64,000 bases of DNA, taken from assembly GCF_964204645.1 (NCBI RefSeq), contig NC_134026.1:12113950-12177949 (forward strand). Reading direction: 5' to 3'. Made by a program: the position numbers and the translations under genes. Shown in pieces: positions 1 to 14,223 of the stretch. This DNA is from Tubulanus polymorphus (taxonomy: Eukaryota > Animalia > Nemertea). The notes under the pieces are model-generated. The model had not been told where the DNA came from. It ran no database searches and saw nothing but the letters and a program-made list of their open reading frames with translations. Position 1 is the first letter of the stretch, and the number at the start of each line of letters is the position of its first letter.

Positions 1-1589
1 GCAAAGAATAATCACATCCAATTTTATTTCATTAACCAATAAAAAAATCAAATCCAATTTTATTGAATTATTGTCACATGTTTTGTCAGTTTTATCTTCT
101 ATACAAAGCACAGCCTTCATGTTCTTGTAACTTCATTGGCTAGTAGGCTTTTTATCTGAATGCACATCCTTCTTCATATGTGGAAATTGCGATGAAGGAG
201 GACTTTGTTTGGTGACATACTGTAAACATGGTAAAAGAAATAAGAATATTATAGAGGGGGTGCCATTTTGAATTAATTGAAACAAAAATCCAAGGTGATC
301 AAATCTGCTACCAGATGTCACCTTACCAAGCCCATATGTGTTCCTATGGGCTTTGACAATTTTCATTGTATTGAAGAAGGTTTTTATGGGGGTAAAATTG
401 ACTGGGACAAATATGACCCCATGGATTCTCTTGGGATATACCTTTCTTAATCCAATAATATTGGGGCTCGAGTGGACCATGCAAGTATTCTTTCAGGGTT
501 CGAATTTCAGAATTTGCCATCCACAGCAAGATGCTTTCAGAAACGCTATGGATGGCGGAAGCGATCCACAGCAAGTCTAGCTCTCACCACAGCAAGTGCC
601 TATCTTGAAAACAATACCCGGTTAATTACGTATTCCATGAACATTGAAAAATAATTCTATATCAGAGTCAATGTTATTTGGTTACTTGACTTAAACATTT
701 AAATGTATATCAAATCAATTATAATATTGTCAACAATATTTGTAAAGATTAAACACTAAAAATGAAATCATTAGAGTTGGGTCAGTTCATAATGATATGT
801 GATTGAAATTGAATAATTGATCACTAAATTATTGAAAGAATTTATAACCTAGTTATATTCTAATAATCTATAATTTCTCAAAGATAGAATATTGCACTGT
901 GCATTACTATTAAATTATACTACTGAAGGAATGAATATTGGGCCTACATGTATTGGAAGTTTAAAAATTCAGATCAAAATTCATGTTAATAGCAGTTGTT
1001 TTTGTTAGGTGGCAGCACTGTACTGAAAAAGTTGTTGGTGCTAGCACAGGAATTTTGCAGCACCGGAACAGGAAGGTGGCAGCACCGTACGGCACACAGT
1101 TAAGGCATCAGCCGCTGTAACTTTCGATTTCATGTCAAAACTATTCAGAATTTTTACAGAATTTTGATTACAAAATCTGGTGTCATTGATTCAAATTGTC
1201 AATGGCATTTTAAAGAAATAAATAATAATTAATAGACGGCATTTTGAAGCCGTCGGTATAAAGGTACGTCAACGGCTATGTACTATTACATCGTCGGCAA
1301 AAGCCATTGATTGTCGTCGTGAAATTCAAACCCTGTCTTTGAAATTTTAATCAGAATAAAACCAACCGTTTTCCATAATTGTTCAAGGCCAAAACGTCAA
1401 TCTCAATTTGAAATAAGAAAAAATTGCACCCCAGATCTCAGATATTGGTCCTACTCGTATGTATATCACACACATGATTCATGATCGATGTTTCTTCACC
1501 TCCATTCACAGCTTCACCTCCATCCCCACCACCGCTAGCGGCACACCAATACATGTGGTAACTTATTGTTTTAGCAGTGATATTTAAGA

Positions 1590-2164
1590 ATATAATTACC
1601 TCAAGGGGGAGGATGTACCCTATTAATTTCGGGGGTCAAAGGTCATTGTCACTGAAGGTAATTCATGCGAAACCTAAACATAATTCAAGGAAAAGTATTG
1701 AAAACTGGACTGCTTTTTCATAATATGGTTACCTTATGGGGAGAATATACCCTAATAATTTTAGGGTTCAAGGCTCAAATGTCAAGGTCATTACAGGTGA
1801 TTTGCAGGAAACCTTATGAACACGCTATATGGAAGACTAATGTTATGTTTACTTGAGCTGCAGTATTTGCTGTGTTGTTTACACATTCTAAGACGATTTT
1901 GTTTTTTTTTGTACATTTACCTTTAACTCTATATTATTTACATTGTGCTAACTTTTGTAAGGAATGATTATACTAGTCTCCTCAACATTCTTGATAGCAT
2001 TATTATTCCATTTCCCTATTGACCCAGTCCCCATGCATTCCCTTATCTATAGTAAGGTTACCCCTGGGGTGCACTAATAATTTTTTGATACCGAAGATCA
2101 GAGTCTTCAGAGTCATTCCCTACTGGCTATCCTGGTGTACGAAGATACGTAAATTGCCTTGTTT
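1590..2164. mobile_element. Non-autonomous interspersed repeat (Helitron/Helentron-derived type) with internal subrepeats
   Basis: Contains 'ccctattaattt..gggtcaaaggtca' subunits and ends in 'aaattgccttgtt'. The same subunits and end recur at 6540-7264. Confidence 0.5.
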
Positions 2165-5100
2165 ATATGCCTAAAAACATAGTAAAAATAGTTAAACAGG
2201 AGTTTCTAAAATTACCAAACTGTTGGATCATGTAATTGACTATGGTATTGTGTAAGCATAAACCATCTGAATGGCTGGTGGTAATAACCGCCTCTACTGG
2301 GAAATGGTTTGACTAATTTAACCTTGGCCCTATGCCTGACATCAAAACAATGTCTGATCAAAGGGTAATCGATGGGCATCAATTTTTTTTATTTGCACGT
2401 GTCGATCGGTGACGGTATCAGAAACTGGAAACTTCTCATTCTCATAGGAGTTCATATTATGCTTGAATCCTCAAATTTCCACAGTGTTTAAGCCAGCTAC
2501 CTCCATAGGGAATAGTTGTAGATTTGTCAGGTTGTTTTTTATGATCAACTGTGTTGATCCCTAAAGAATGGTTCTGAGAGTTACTTTCTGTCAGCTCTTG
2601 GTGGCACAAATTGTAACCAATGGATATACATAACTGATATTTTGTCATTAGGGGGGAGATAGGTATTGGAATTGATATGGCAAGTTTCGTCCATCAGCTC
2701 TTAGCCGTTTGGAAGTGCTGGGAGAAAATGTGCAAAAACTTCACACTGAATTTTCCCCATTCTACTAATGGATGCTTGACCTTGTTTCCTGACATCACAG
2801 GGATAGCCCTTCAGAAGCGGATCACTTGGAAATCCCTCCAGAAGGGCTTTCCCATTGACATCATTATCAAGAACTGTTCTACCATGTACTTGTGACTCAT
2901 AGGGAAAACCCTATTACCATGTATTTTATCAAAGTTGAACGTGCTTACTACACAGTCTATGATGTTTTCATCTTTATCAGCTGTTTATAAGTCATTGCAA
3001 ATCCAAGAACAAATAGATTTTTAGTCTCAAAACTGAAATGTACTCTGTTGATCATACTAGACACATGGTCCTTTCTTTCTGAAATGATGTCGATGGTATT
3101 TATTTGGATTCAAAAATACTTGCACTAATTCTATGTTAAAAATCCTGTTCCATACCAGATTCATGAAGGAGTCATCTTCACCGATCAAGGGAGTCGAACC
3201 CACTAAGCCATAGTCCTTCCCTGAACCCCTTGACCTCACGAATTTTTGGAGTTGTTACTAGCCTATCAGAATCCGGTTGTACCAATCACAGCGCTTGTAA
3301 CAATTGACATTAAGCGTCTTTTGGAATTCTTGTAAATTTGTTAACTGAACCAATCAGTGATTTTACCGAACAAAGAAGTATTTTGCAAACGATATATGAC
3401 GTCATGTGCAACAGCACCGGTAATGAAATTACGCGTCGTGAGGCTAGGGGGCTGGTGGAAGCGAGTTTTGGGGAGCGATACCGGACCCCATGCAAGGGAG
3501 GATGTGAAGGAGTCAGAACCAAATGTTGCCAAATGTCTGCCCAAGAGTAGATGGAAGACTATGCGTTTCATGATTATGAAAACCTTTCTAAACACTCCAG
3601 ACTTTGCTATCAAAAATTACAAAAAAATCTCCTGAGACTGAACAATACTGGACGGTGGGCAATTTGGACCATATTTATTTACGCACTGTGGCTGTCATCA
3701 AAACATGATTTTTACATATCTCCCCAAAAAATTTTTCTCAACAAATGTACTTCAAAATGATGTTTCGTTTTTGAAATCCAACATGTACTCCATTTATACC
3801 TGTAATCATCTGTGGAGATAGGAGGTGAACTGTCATATACAGTATAATTTAGAATTTCATAAACAAGGCAACGTCACAGGGATTGCTTACGATTAACATT
3901 GATGTTTGCCCAGTCTGAAGCGAAAGAACAAAATGCTAGTAGCTTGTGTTTGCGACACATGCCACTGGTGACATAATTCTGGCTGATACATTGAATTTAT
4001 TGACTGGTATGTCGATGACAGCTAAAAACTAATGATTTTTAAAGTGGCCCGGGAGAAGAACATTGTCTGATGTCGCAAATTTTACCAGTACAAGCGTCGC
4101 GAGAGGTACTTCTTCACCTAAAAATCTCTTGCCTCTCACACCGCAACCTTGAACGTTGTTGCCTTATGTTTGAACCGTTTATCCTTCTGGCAAGTCACGG
4201 ATAGCAAATGAAAAAAGTGATCGATGATAGCAGCCGAAACTGTGGAACCTTCCGCCAGAATATTGTGTGTCATCAGGGGCAAAATGCTGATTCCTTCATT
4301 ACACTTAACAATAGCCTCTTTGTTGTAGTCATTGGCAACCTTATGTAAGATGTTCTGTTGAAAATCACTGACGTCAAATTCTGTGCCACTTCTCTTTGTT
4401 TCCTTAATCTCTTAATCTCTCCCGTAGTATTGGTATTTTAAATAAATTTAAAAGCAATAATACGAATCGAGAATCAGGCCAATAATTCTTCTTGCGATCA
4501 GGATAATATCAAAAGCTGCTTTTCTAGATCATACAGCCCCTATCTTCAAAGGTAGGTATCCTTACCTTACAAGCAATAACGAAGTTTCAATTGTGATTTT
4601 TCATATTAAAATTTAGGAATTCACTACTACCTAACTCATTTTCAAAGTATTTCTCATTGAATTCTGAATTTCACCATCATCGACTAGATTGACCAATTTA
4701 TAACGAATCGAAAGACATTTTCAGTTAGTGTCAGGTCCTTTAATTTGGAATAATTTGCTTCATTCACTGAAGATCATTGTATCAGTAACTTCATGGTCTT
4801 TAAACATGAAAATCAAGGGTAGCATGTAAATCTTATAAACCTTAAAAGGTTTCTTCATGTGTCCTTTTATCTCGAATTATTGTATTTTTATTTTTATTTT
4901 CATTACTTTTGTCCAATTATTGTAATCCGAAATCGAAAAATATATAATTTTTATTATTATTATTATTACTATTAATAATAAGAAAATTATGGCTTCTTTC
5001 AGCGAAACTTCATGGAGGTATGTTTCATTCTCCATCAGTTCATTTCGCAACCTTCTTAGGTACTATGGCACTTCTTTGCTACATAAAGGAATTATATGCA

Positions 5101-5759
5101 TCAATAACGTATCTGGCCTTTTTTGATCAACAAGAGCCTTTTCGAATAATTTAACTCGCAGAGCATCTACAAGAAGTCGTATGTCATCATTGATGTCTTG
5201 AACAAATCCTATTTTGTTACTTTGACCCATCAGTTCACACACGATCATTGGTGAAAGCCATGTGCAGCTCAAACTTAGGTAACTCATCTTTTGTTGCAAA
5301 CATTATCTTTTGTAAATAGAAGTATAATTCTGGCAGTGATTTACGGGTTGATTCCCAATGTAAAGTTGTTAACTGTTAGATTATAATCGTCTGATACGTT
5401 TACGCTCACAGATTCATCTTCGTTTTCACGGCTCGGAGTTTCATTCTCTGGAACACATTGCATGGCTAGGGAGAAGAACTAGATCTATCGATGTGATCTA
5501 TCTGTTGAAGGATCTGCCAGCCTAACTGTTTCAATATCTTCATCTCCCTAGGAAGTACATCTGCAGCTTCCTTTTCTGATGGTCTATAAGCCCGTTTCAG
5601 GGTAGAAGTGAGAGTACTCCACAGAAGTGCAATTTCCCTGCTCATTGTATTCAGATCTTTGCTTCTACTGAAAATAGATTTTTAGTGTAGCTTCCTAAAT
5701 TTCTGGAATTCTGTTCGATTTTTCATCTCTTTCTTTTACTCCGTGATTCCCTAATATTA

Positions 5760-6473
5760 GAATTATCGATACTGATATTTCCTTTGCCTCATCGGTGAGA
5801 TATTTAGGAGTTATCTTTGATTCCAACTTCTCATTTAAAGAACACATTTCGAGCCGTGGGAAGTCTGCTAATTTTCACATTCATATCATTGGTAAAATCT
5901 GTCAAAATCTCTATCTGTTGATGCCACAAGAATTTATGTGCAGGCACTCATCACAACCTGTCTTGTATTTTGTTCTGTTGTAACTCTGTTCTCGCTGAAT
6001 TACCTAAGTCCTCAATGAAACCCCTCCAGCGAGTACAGAACACCCGTCTAGTAAGTAAAACCTGAAAATATAAATCAATCAAACCTGTCCTTATGGGATT
6101 ACATTGGTTACCCATTGAACAAAGAATCAAGTACAAAATTCTCATTTTCATCTTCCAGTGCATACATAATTTGGCTCCTAAATATCTCTGTGACCTCATT
6201 CATATTCATGTCCCTTGCCATCCTCTACGTTCTTCTCCCTAGATACAATAGAAATTCTTTCGGTTCTCGAGCCTTTTCCATCAATGGCCCGACCCTGTGG
6301 AATCAGCTTCCAGGATACCTCCGGTCTATAACATCTTTGGAGATCTTCAGGAAGCAACTTAAAACATTTTCTCTTTAATGAGGCTTTTATATGAAGCGCT
6401 TTGGGCGGCTTTGTCATGAGCTGGATTTAGCGCTATATAAAACACGTCTTATTATTATTATTATTATTATTAT
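5760..6473 (+). pseudogene. 3' fragment of a CR1/L2-group LINE (ORF2 C-terminus) with (TTA)n tail
   Basis: Frameshifted peptides RYLGVIFDSNFSFKEHI, LHWLPIEQRIKYKIL and FGSRAFSINGPTLWNQLP..FRKQLKT. Ends in a TTA microsatellite at about 6450-6473. Confidence 0.8.
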
Positions 6474-6539
6474 TCGGTTGGAGAGGCTGTAATGATATGT
6501 TGGTATTTGTTAATGGTCTGAACTGAGCCATGTGCTGTT

Positions 6540-7264
6540 GTTGGTGCCTGGTTCCATTCTTCCTCCAACTGAGATTCCTGCAAAAAGTGGTTTTGGTCTG
6601 TTTGGAATCCGCCTCCTTCCATCCGTCCACATCTGCTTGTAAATGTGATTCAAGAAGAACTGTTGATAGCAGGACTATGATATTACATAGCAATATTACC
6701 CCTTGGGAGAGGATGTGCCCTATTGATTTTTTGGTCCAAGGATCAAAGGTCAAGGTCATTACGGGTCATTCATGAGAAACCTTGTGAACGCGATTTAAGA
6801 CAAACCATTGATAGCAGGAAAATTATATTACATAGTAATATTACCCCTTGGTAGAGAATGTGCCCTATTGATTTTGGGGTCCTTAGGTCAAGATCACTAG
6901 AGGTCATTTATGTGAAACCTTGTGAATGCGATTCAAGAGGAACCATTCATAGCAGGACAATGCCATATTATAGTTTGATTACCCCTAGGGAGAGGATGTG
7001 CCCTATTGATTTTGGTTCCAAAGGCCAAGGTCAGTAGAGGTCATTTGCACATAAATGCAATTCAAGAAGAACCACTGATAGCAGGACATAACTATTTCAA
7101 AGTATGATTTTACCCGGGTTGTGAATGTGCCATACTGATTTTGGAGTTCTAGGGTTGAAGGTCAAGGTTAAAAATTCTTAATCACTGAAAACTTTTGGAT
7201 GCCAAAGATCAGGGTCTTCATGGGTCGCGGGGGACGTAGAAACGTAGTATCAAATTGCCTTGTT
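6540..7264. mobile_element. Non-autonomous repeat of the same family as 1590-2164, with about four 135-150-bp tandem subrepeats
   Basis: Repeated 'gatagcagga...attacccc...gatgtgccctattgatttt...aaggtca' units and the shared terminal 'aaattgccttgtt'. Confidence 0.55.
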
Positions 7265-7387
7265 CAGTTTGATTGTGCGAGCAATTCCCTGAGAGCAGTT
7301 TTCTGCTGATAAAGCTCAAGCTGTGCGGAGATTTCAGCACATTCACTTTTCGATCCGGAAAGTTCTAGTCCCTCCAAGGATTCCATT

Positions 7388-8361
7388 TTTAGCTCTCGTG
7401 GAACGAGAGAGCTATTACGAGCGTGTTGGTATCGTGTTGTGTATGTTTACCGCGAACTAAAGCACACCATTTTTACAGTAATTGAATTATCGAAAGATCC
7501 GATAAATGGGGTTAAATCTGCTGCAAAAATACATCCGGCAATTTGTATTCAAGATTATTTCAGATTATATTGGGTTGAATGGGGATAGAAGTTGATATTG
7601 AAAAGATTTTTGAATAATGTTTTATTAATAATCATTCGGATAGATTTATTTTACAAGGTGAATTAAAATGCGGATGACTACATCACTCGGGTGTGAACGG
7701 GCACCTTGCACCAAGGGCCGGTACCGTAGTCGTCTTAAATTCCTTGTTTTTTGCTTGGAAAATCAGTGGGAGTCTTAAACTTCGAAAGGTTGGCAGACAA
7801 TGTCCTTGAAAGTCCTAATTTTTACAGTCAGACCGAAATTATCACCGAGTTGTATGACAGTGTGGCGTGTGTTTATTCATTTACTGCAGACGTATTGCGT
7901 AGCAGCTGTTGGCGTCTAGCCATACTACGCGAGGCAAGCGTGCGCTGGCAGATAACTAGTATCTCACACTGCACACACTACAGTGACATAGTGGCATAGG
8001 CTCATATTGATGCACGCGTTATTCATACAGTGAAATAAGTTTTTTTGAATGAAGTTTACTTTATCATAGATTTTCATTTAAGTTATTATCGGTCACATTA
8101 TTACTAAAAAGACTTTGAAAGTGATATACATTGGTCTGTCGATCTTTTTGTACTATAACCGGCCATAACAAATCGATCTTACGTATTTGTTCCTGCCTAC
8201 CACTGTCTTGAGGCGCCCAGTTCCACCGTAGTGTCCAGGGCAGTTGTGAAGCGAACAGATCTGCATAATTAAAAGAGTTAGAATGATCAATGTAATATGT
8301 TTTTATTGATATTATAAAAAAAACTGTGCCTCGAGAGCACAGGACATTTGGTCCTCTAGTT
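7388..8361 (+). mobile_element. ~1-kb Helentron-associated non-autonomous element (HINE-like), copy 1
   Basis: Near-identical to 21508-22506. Subterminal inverted repeat gctctcg(a/t)gg...cctcgagagc, 3' stem-loop aggac-atttg-gtcct followed by CTAG, T-rich flanks. Confidence 0.75.
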
Positions 8362-11092
8362 TATTGTATCAATCATTTTTTCTACATGCCCAGTGAGTAA
8401 GTTTAAATGAAAGGGGTGATTTCCACTGTGACATGTCGACGAGATCCCCAAACCGCTATCAGTGGCCACCAATTCTTCAATATATAATGACAGAAACTTG
8501 GAAAGTATCTCGCATTGTGTATCTGGCAGGTCTAGACGTTCAGTATCATTTGATTGCCCATTTATCATCTTGCAAAATCTAAAATAAAAATTGGTTGGTG
8601 CAAATAGTTTCATTCAGACATCTTGCTCATCACGAGCAAGATGTGGTCTTTGTCATCATTGTCCTTCTGCTTTTCTATCATTTGTGTGCCAATGGCCATT
8701 TTGTTCAGCATTGCTGTGAGGCTTTCAAGTCTACCTGTACATGATGTTGTTAAGTTGTTTGACGTTGATATTAAACCCACAATTCAATGACTTCTGGTAC
8801 TTATGTTACATTTGCAAGGAGACCAGCTGTGTGCGTAAAGAATTGAAAACTTTCAGGTGAACACGTTAATTCCTTTTTAAGGACGAACTTCACATCCTTT
8901 ATGAAATGGAATAGGCCCATGTGGATGACTGTTAGCTTTGTATAGTCACCCTGTACCTCAAGTCACTAGACTATAAACGACACCCAGCAACGGCATACTA
9001 TTCAAAACTACACATGCTGCAACTACAAATGTAAAGCTCATATCGCTGTTGATTTGAACAGCTGTGTTGTCGTGAATCTCCCTGAAACGCACAACGATAT
9101 CACCAAAGTAATTCTTATCAGTTTATAACATGATATTTTGAAGGAGCGCGACACATATCCGGGATATGTGGATCCACCAGGGCTACCACGTAAAAAGTAC
9201 AGATGTGCCTTATTTGTTTGGCCCTTTCATAGTTCGGTTGGGAGTTGCATGAACTAATCGTATCCGTTGGAATATGGCACTTATATGTATATGTACTTAT
9301 ACCATTGTTACCCACACTTGCCAGATGTTATTGGCCACGTTGTGGTAAGGTCCTCCAAATCTAAATTCCCAAATCCCCGATACCAACAACAAAATGCAAA
9401 ACGCAACACTGGAATAGAATATACAATATATATACAGTTTATTATTAATAAAGAAAATATTCAAATTCTCAATTAGAGAAAATTAAAATCAAATTACTCA
9501 ATTATATACTTCAAATTACCAAAATAAATCAAATACTTCGAATTTAAGAATTTAACATAAATTAGAAAAAAATAAAAATCTACCATATGATGAATCTCTT
9601 GATCTACCTTCCTAGCCGCTGACGAAATAGTTCGAAATTAATGACTCCAAATTTAGCTCCAATTGACGCAAAAACACACACGGACACAAAACACAGAAAC
9701 ACAGTCAGTTAGTCAGTTTTTATAAAACACTAAACAAATTCACACGTTGAAAAATATCGCTCCGAACGTATGCAAAATTACCACCACTCCTGTAGGTCCA
9801 ATCTCGCTAACAGTAATTGTTCACGAACAAAACGATCCAACAAAAAGAATTGAAAGAAACATTGATTTAGCAATAGTCCGCTCTCCAGTCGCACTTGATC
9901 CGTTCTAATATGGAAAAATGGGTCTGGTAACTACTGACGGGTAACCGTACAGTTATCAAAAATCCACGGATTAGTGATCCAATAGTGATTAAATTAAAAT
10001 ACGCTGGGTGTTAAGTCAACCCCCAGGAAAATGTCGTTCCAAATGATAAAGTTCGCTATCGATATAAATCACCTTCCGATGAACGTTCTACTCGAATCTG
10101 ATATTGGTACAAAAATACATCCACGATTCGATCAACCGTAACAAGTCGATCAGATTACTTAACTCGCCGCCTCAAATCCGAAATATTCTTCATCCAGCTA
10201 ATAGGTTCTATTACCAGGTCGGTAAAAGAATAACTTATGCGCTATGATTTTGAAAATTTATAATGTCCATTTCGGTCCACAAGTCGTGGAGCATAGACAA
10301 AAATTATAGAAAGGGATTCCAGAAGGTCTTTAGCTAAGATCCTTCTCCCTCAAAATCTCTAAAGCAAGTCCTCTTCCACCTAAGTTCTGTTGCATCCATG
10401 CACTCCTACTGGGATCCCCTGCAGGATGTCACATGACTAACCACAAAATCAAAAGTAAAACCTAACTTGAGATGTCTCAGCAATGAAAAATGGCTCAAAG
10501 TTATGATATAGATTATAATCATAATTTTAGAAAGATACCCATGAAATAACTCAACAGACTTAGCTCGAAAATCAAATAAAACGATTAAATAATTCCAATT
10601 CACTGCTGATCACTCAAGTTTACCCCCATACAGCCCATGTAAAGTTTTGAATTTTCTAGGAAAGTGTCAAATGAAAATGATGGATCACGATTGATAGAAC
10701 ACTATATCCGTGTTGACGCGATGTAGAGAGAATCCCGCAATGATGAGGAAAATGTAAATGAAAATGGAGATAGTAGTTTATTCAAGGTTTCGACTATCTC
10801 CTTATAGTCATCTTCAGGAAAATGATGGATTACTGAGTCCTGCAAGTATTTCCTTTTTGGTGAAAGGATAGTTCACCGGAACTTCAGTGCAAACTGCGGT
10901 TGCAGATTTACTCCAAGACATCCTGTGTGACCCCTTAAATAATAATAAACATAGTTACTACTGGTTACACCATGTTTTTGATGTGATCCAGCAGAAAATC
11001 CGATGATTTGTTTACATTTGACTACATTACCACGTGCGTTGGCAATGACGTCATCGAATGACGTATAACCGAGAACAAGAAACAGAAAGAAA

Positions 11093-11358
11093 ATGGCCGA
11101 CAAAAGAGAACGCAGTGATTATTCTTCTGACAATTCATCCTCATCTAGCGAAGTGAGCGAAAATATAAGCGAAAGAGAATTATCAGATGAAAGTGCAATA
11201 TCATCTGAAATTGAGGTGGGCGAAATGGTGCCCGATATGGAAGTTTTCAATGCTGCAGAGCCACTGTATTTGTACGAGCCCGATGCATCTGACGATGACG
11301 AAGATGGCGCTAGACCAGACATTAGTCCGGATAGAATCTATAGATTAGATGTTCATCG
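11093..11358 (+). pseudogene. Probable exon 1 of a Kolobok accessory (KolX / P2X7-C-terminus-like) gene
   Basis: Acidic Ser-rich N-terminus with PLYLYEP motif. Phase fits the Cys-rich exon at 19924, but the donor site is weak. Confidence 0.45.
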
Positions 11359-12301
11359 GTTCAATGAATATTCAGGGATTTCTATTGTTGTTAACAAAGT
11401 ATGGGGCGACACAATCTAAGGATAACGGTGGATTCGGTTATTAAATTCATCCGTCAACCAAGAGTAAAACATAAGGCTTTCTATAGTCTTAAATTTCTAA
11501 AACGTCTAAAACGGTAGTCAGAGTGTCAATCCTCCCTCAGTCTCCTGCAACACCACCATGACAGGAAATAACACAAACGAAATTAAACTCTATAATTGGT
11601 ATATATATTCCTAATTTTGTAATCTATATTACCGTATGATTTCGAAATCGGTTTTGTGGCGATCTTTCAAACTTCTGAGATCCTCTCACACACACGTTCC
11701 CATAGCTAGCTGCTTGCATACGAACACACACTCCCGTGTGCATGCCAGGCCTCATTGTGCCAGTCTGAGCTTACACATATACGCAGTACCGGTATATGTG
11801 TATTCGACCCAACCTGGATTAATCTCCAATCACAATACCAACAATTGAGGGATTGCCGGGTTTACACTATTCAAAAGCCAGTATTTCATGACACAGAGAT
11901 TGCTAGAAAGCCTACCCTTACATCTCATTCCAGACCAGAAATAATTAGATCCACCTTTCTTCCTTAACCCTTTTGGTTACCGGATGAGCTATTGCTTTTG
12001 TTCATTCACAATCCGGATTAGCATTTGCATATATTATAGGAATTGAGACATCATTTTTGAATTGATGTAGCTCATTTAATATAGGAGTTAGGGCCTTGGA
12101 CTAATTGAAAGTTATGTAGGAAACACCCAGGGCTTTCTAATGGTATCAACATTTTTTAATTTGATATATCATATTCTGAGATAAAATATCGATTTTTCAT
12201 GAAAATCAAGAGATTTTCGAGATTTTCAATGAATACCTCAGAAAAATTTATTTTTCATTGTTTTTTATGCTGAAATAAACACTATAATAAGAAATGAAGT
12301 C

Positions 12302-14050
12302 TTATTTACGTTTAATGGTGATAATTCTCCCTGTAGTATCTTTTGTAGTCTGAAACCGTGTGGTAGATCTCATGGCATGGAATATCACATAATGGAACAT
12401 GGGGCACACATGTCTTACATTGTTTCTGTGTTTGTTTACGGTATGCATAGTTTTGCCAGTTCTTATCGTACAAACTGCACACTCAGGTCTTCCATTAGTC
12501 TTCTCCAAAAAGTGGGCAAGACCATTCAGGCTCAGTGGGGGGTCAGCAACGCGGCGTCCGGGGGTGGATGATGAATGCTGATGGTTTTCCAGAAGTTCAT
12601 CACAAAGTTTGAGGCGGAATTCTCTTGCGGTTAGTCTCTTATTTGCATCTGGTTCCGAGACCTTATGTAAAACATAAGAATTGATAACTGCAGTAACAAG
12701 TAAATGGAAGAATACCTTCTTCCACCATTTGCACGATCGATGCAATAACATGAAATATGAATTGAACTGGTCAGACTTGTCAACGCCTCCCATATACGTG
12801 TTGTAGTTGTCGATCGCAGTGGGTTTGATCATCTCCCGATATACATTTTCCCCATTTCTTGCCCGAATTCTCTTGACAATAGTTGTAGATGCATCAACGC
12901 TGGACAGCAACCACACAGGGCGCTTGTCAAACCATCCAACCGCCAATATATTGGTGGTGTCGTTCCACATGAATAAGGGTGATTTCTCGATGAGAACGGC
13001 TTTCCGCGTATATTTTTTGAATATCTTCAATTCATCAGGGTTACCTTCCCGATTACATTTGACAGTTCCACAACAACCAATACCACGAGCTTTCAGATCT
13101 GCCAAAAGTTTATAGGATGTAAAGAAATTGTCACAAAATACGGCCTGTCCTGGAGATGCAATATCAGTGAGATCGGTAACAACTTGGTACCCAACATTAG
13201 GGGTATTTTCATCGCGCGCCCCTTTATATAGTTTCCAATTGTGTACAAAACCGGATTGTGAGCTTGCCATGACCCAACCTTTTAGGCCCCATTTTATGGG
13301 TTTACTTTTCAGATATTGTAACATGCTACTGCGGCCTTTGAATGCTACCATGCACTCATCGACTGAAACGTTTTTTTCCATGAATAACGCGGCCTGCCAG
13401 GCTGTTACTAATTCGTCTATAATACCAGTCACTTTGTAGGCTCGGTCATATCCAGGTTCCCCATGTTCAATTTGTAATTCATTATTCACTAAATGAAGAA
13501 ACCTCAATATTATCATGAAGCGATTACGCGTCATGATGGCTCTGAATCCCGGTTTTTCTTCCAACGGGTGTGTCGGCCAATGTTCTCGATACTGTCCTCT
13601 TCTATCATCTCCCATGAGTATAATGATACTGAAGAAAGCCTTCATTTCATTCACAGTGACATCTCTCCATTCATCAATAACAGATTGCTTTGCCTTATTT
13701 GAATTTTGATATTGAGAGAAATAACAGTTTGTTTCAGTTACAATCCTTTCAATCACTGCGTCCGGAAAGGTTTTTGAAAAGAAATCGACTGGATTCATAT
13801 CAGCAGGATTGAACTTTGGTTCACCTGGTAAAGGACAATTGTAGGGAGGTTGCCACAGATGCTGTTGTAAGTCTATTCCTTCTGTCCATGTTTCCCTAGG
13901 TATATTTGGACGATGCACCCAAACGCGCGGCACTCCACGTGCTACTACATCGCGTCCACGCTGACGCTGCTGTGCACAACCCCTGGGCCTGCCTCTTCTA
14001 ATAACTCCCCTGACAGGATTGGGAGGGGGATTGATAGGTGCTACGGTGCA
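12302..14050 (-). CDS. piggyBac transposase (PGBD4-like), main body
   Basis: DDD motifs VSVDECM, FCDNFFTS and YMGGVDKSD; KPIKWGLK; KWWKKVFF; frameshifted C-terminal Cys-rich domain (ECAVC). The frame stays open upstream of the annotated start to about 14050. Confidence 0.92.
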   Translation of the reverse strand, partial: CTVAPINPPPNPVRGVIRRGRPRGCAQQRQRGRDVVARGVPRVWVHRPNIPRETWTEGIDLQQHLWQPPYNCPLPGEPKFNPADMNPVDFFSKTFPDAVIERIVTETNCYFSQYQNSNKAKQSVIDEWRDVTVNEMKAFFSIIILMGDDRRGQYREHWPTHPLEEKPGFRAIMTRNRFMIILRFLHLVNNELQIEHGEPGYDRAYKVTGIIDELVTAWQAALFMEKNVSVDECMVAFKGRSSMLQYLKSKPIKWGLKGWVMASSQSGFVHNWKLYKGARDENTPNVGYQVVTDLTDIASPGQAVFCDNFFTSYKLLADLKARGIGCCGTVKCNREGNPDELKIFKKYTRKAVLIEKSPLFMWNDTTNILAVGWFDKRPVWLLSSVDASTTIVKRIRARNGENVYREMIKPTAIDNYNTYMGGVDKSDQFNSYFMLLHRSCKWWKKVFFHLLVTAVINSYVLHKVSEPDANKRLTAREFRLKLCDELLENHQHSSSTPGRRVADPPLSLNGLAHFLEKTNGRPECAVCTIRTGKTMHTVNKHRNNVRHVCPMFHYVIFHAMRSTTRFQTTKDTTGRIITIKRK

Positions 14051-14223
14051 CCTTTACTATACCTTACACACCAAATTTATAATTGTCTACTGTATTACAT
14101 CTCGCATGTCTGTTGGAACTACTTTTTCTGGATGTATGTTAATAAAGTGTTCGTCACATGTTACTAGAAAGATGGCGCATTTTTGAAAGATGGTTCATTT
14201 TTGTTTTATGTTCAGTGTGTTCA

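Noticed and set aside
133-5750. Short ORFs and coding-like fragments in the first 6 kb
   Set aside because: Stop-ridden with no motif I can assign confidently; probably decayed transposon sequence.
9341-10632. Possible solo LTR (TG...CA)
   Set aside because: No matching TSD or second LTR could be identified, so boundaries are unsupported.
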